From the human T2T-CHM13v2.0 reference genome, Homo sapiens, in assembly GCF_009914755.1 (NCBI RefSeq), contig NC_060936.1: a DNA stretch of 64,000 nt. One strand, written 5' to 3'. Shown here one piece after another: positions 61,720 through 64,000 of the stretch (its first letter is position 1; each line of letters begins with the position of its first letter). Under the pieces are notes generated by a model. The model had not been told where the DNA came from. It made no database searches and worked only from the letters and a program-made list of their open reading frames with translations. Position numbers and translations under genes: made by a program.

Positions 61720-62000
61720 GTGGAGATTCCGAGAGTGGCCCGGCCGGCTTTTCGGCTGCCGCCTGCGCACGGTGTCAGGCGGCGGGTGATGGATCGGCTC
61801 GGACACACTCCACAATAGCTCGCAGACACTCTATTACCCGGTGATTGTCTGCCCAGCGGCCCTGCTCGGGCCGTGCTGCTACAGATAATGGCCCAGAACA
61901 AAGATGGCAGCTGCTTTGTAGGGGAACAGATTTGTGGCAAGTTGAGATAAAATAAAGAGGAAGGAGAAAGGGGAGAGGAGACGGCGGCAGGGGGGCAGGG
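61720..62000. promoter_or_regulatory. Small CpG-rich candidate enhancer
   Basis: CpG cluster; AGATAA, ACAAAG/CTTTGT flanking CAGCTG. Confidence 0.45.
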
Positions 62001-62634
62001 AACATAAAAGGAAGAAAGAGGGAGTGAGGGCGAGAGAATGGAGGGACGGGAGCCAAGATGTTGCGGGAGAGAAGGGTGGTGGGGCTCAGGCTGGGGAAGG
62101 ACGGAGGCTGGCTTTGTCCAATAATGATGGTGACAATGATGGTGATAATAATAATAATGATGGTAATAGGCTGCAAGCTCTTGGTGCTGTCAGTGGAAAA
62201 TGCCCCAATAGCTTAGGCTGAGCTGGTACTTTCTATTCTTGCCCAAACTCACGAATAGCGGTGGCTCTGGCCTCCGGCCTGGGGCCTCTGGAAGTGGGTG
62301 GGGGTCTGGGCCAGGGGGTTCCACCCCAGGTAGGAGATCCAGCTTCCAACTCCCATCCTCACTCAAAGCTCAAAGAAGGTAGAAGGGTGGGAAAGGGCAG
62401 GGAAGGGGAAAGGACCTTCCTTCAGCTGGGGTCGTTCCCTTTAAAGTTTCCCAAGCCCCACACTCAGTGACTTTGGCCGACACCTTACTGACCATCCTGG
62501 TTGCAAAAATAGGTGAGAAATGTGTTCTTTCACCTGAGCCCAAAGCTGCCCAGAATAAAACCCAGGTTCTTTAGTAAGGAAGGCAGGGGAATGGATATTG
62601 AGAAAGCAGTTAGCTGTCTCCACCTCAGGTACTT

Positions 62635-62820
62635 AATAATGAACATTTATTGAGCATCTATTATGCTCTTTGACCCATGGCATTCTACATAATGCCTCAC
62701 CTAGGAGAGAGGCAGTGTGATTATCCATTTTGCAGATGGGACAACTGAGGCTCAGAGAGGTAAACTGACTGCTCAAGGCCACACAGCACACATAGCACTC
62801 AAACCTAGGTCTGTGGTCCG
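62635..62820 (-). mobile_element. MIR
   Basis: catttattgagcatcta...cagatgggacaactgaggctcagagagg. Confidence 0.75.
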
Positions 62821-63489
62821 GTTTTCTGCTAGATTATCTTCCTTCACCCAAAGAGTCTCTCAATGAGGTCATCATCATGATATTCAGGAGCTGGGGTGTG
62901 GCAGGACAAGAAAGTGGATTTTATAATTTCAGGAGGGAGAAGGGTAGGAGCAAGCTTGGAGGAGGTGTGGACTGAGGGCAGAGACACGGTGCCGATGAGG
63001 ACAACAGTGACAATAATATTTGCCAGTCACTTTCCCTTTTCACACTGTTTCCTGGCTATCATCTCAGTTGAAGTTTACAAATGCCTCTGGGTGAGCCAGG
63101 GAAGATTTTAGCAGCTCTGTTGAACAGGTGGGGAACAGAGCACCCACATCCTGAAGTGGAAAGGACAAGTCGAGCCCAGACCTGCATTAGTCCACCTGTT
63201 TCCTCCGCCTACAGGGTTTCCCCGTGCATTTTCTCCTCATTCTTCAAGGCCTGTTGGGATGCTCCTTCCTCCAGAAAGCCCTTCCCGTTTCCTCCTGGAC
63301 TTGTCCATACCTGGGGGAGTGCTAACCTGGGAAAAGGATTGCGCTTGCCTGGATGAGGAGAGTATGTCTCATTTCCCTCTATGTCCTCATGCCCAGCCCG
63401 GCCCACACAGCACTGGGCTTATAGGGGTGGAACAGACCACCTGCTCTGTCGTGACTTAGGGACAGGTCGTGGCTTTCTTTCCTGACTGC

Positions 63490-63700
63490 TGCCGGAACTA
63501 GACTTCCCAGGCACAAATCCCACCAGCAGAGTAACCTTGGGCAAGTCTCTTCACTTAGCCAAGCCTCACGTTCCTCATCTGTCAACTGGGGACATAATTG
63601 TAGCTGCCTTGAGGGTGTGGTTGTTGTGAGGATAAGAGAGGACACTCGTGTTGAGTGTGAGTGTGGCACAAAGCTTGCACATAGTAAGTGCTCAATAAAC
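63490..63700 (+). mobile_element. MIR
   Basis: ccttgggcaagt...cctcatctgt...catagtaagtgctcaataaa. Confidence 0.75.
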
Positions 63701-64000
63701 ACAACCTCTCCAATCCTTCCTGATCTCCACCGCTACGGGGGAAAAGACTGACCCCACCTCTCAATGCATTGTTTGGCTAATCAAGGCCACCTGAGTAACG
63801 TGCTCAGAGCGGAACCTGGCAGGCAGTAGGCGCTCCAAGCCCTGGGCTGCACAAGCCTATGGGTCTACACTGAAGAGATCCAGGCCTCATCGCATTGGCA
63901 TTTCGCTAACCCCTGGGCCTAGCTGGCACTTAAAAGCTGGAACAAATTCCATTAATTTGCTCCACTCCTAACCAATTGGATTCCATGGCTCTCCAAGCGC

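Overview
Primate (almost certainly human) genomic DNA. No protein-coding gene, CRISPR array or prokaryotic system is recognisable, and the listed ORFs are repeat-derived or chance. Much of the window is interspersed repeats: about 25 Alu elements or monomers, many MIR and L2 fragments, old L1M pieces, a TSD-flanked L1PB 3' end, MaLR/ERVL solo LTRs (THE1, MST, MLT1, MER68-like) and hAT MITEs (ORSL-like, MER63B, MER81, MER30, MER20, MER3). Between the repeats lie repeat-free islands packed with developmental transcription-factor motifs, plus an orphan CpG island at about 30 kb; this is the pattern expected of a regulatory gene desert or large intron. The most notable sequence-level observations are: three stacked inverted-forkhead palindromes at 11.3 kb; an HMG/SOX motif cluster in the CpG island with a C-to-G skew switch; a 33-nt tailless U2 snRNA retrocopy with TSDs inside an Alu; a ~100-bp unique-looking segment duplicated 3.93 kb away at an L2 junction; a GATA x5 cluster; a possibly expanded CR1/L3-type tail; and a 28-bp VNTR. 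Repeat family names come from recalled consensus sequences and most boundaries are approximate. The locus cannot be assigned without an alignment.
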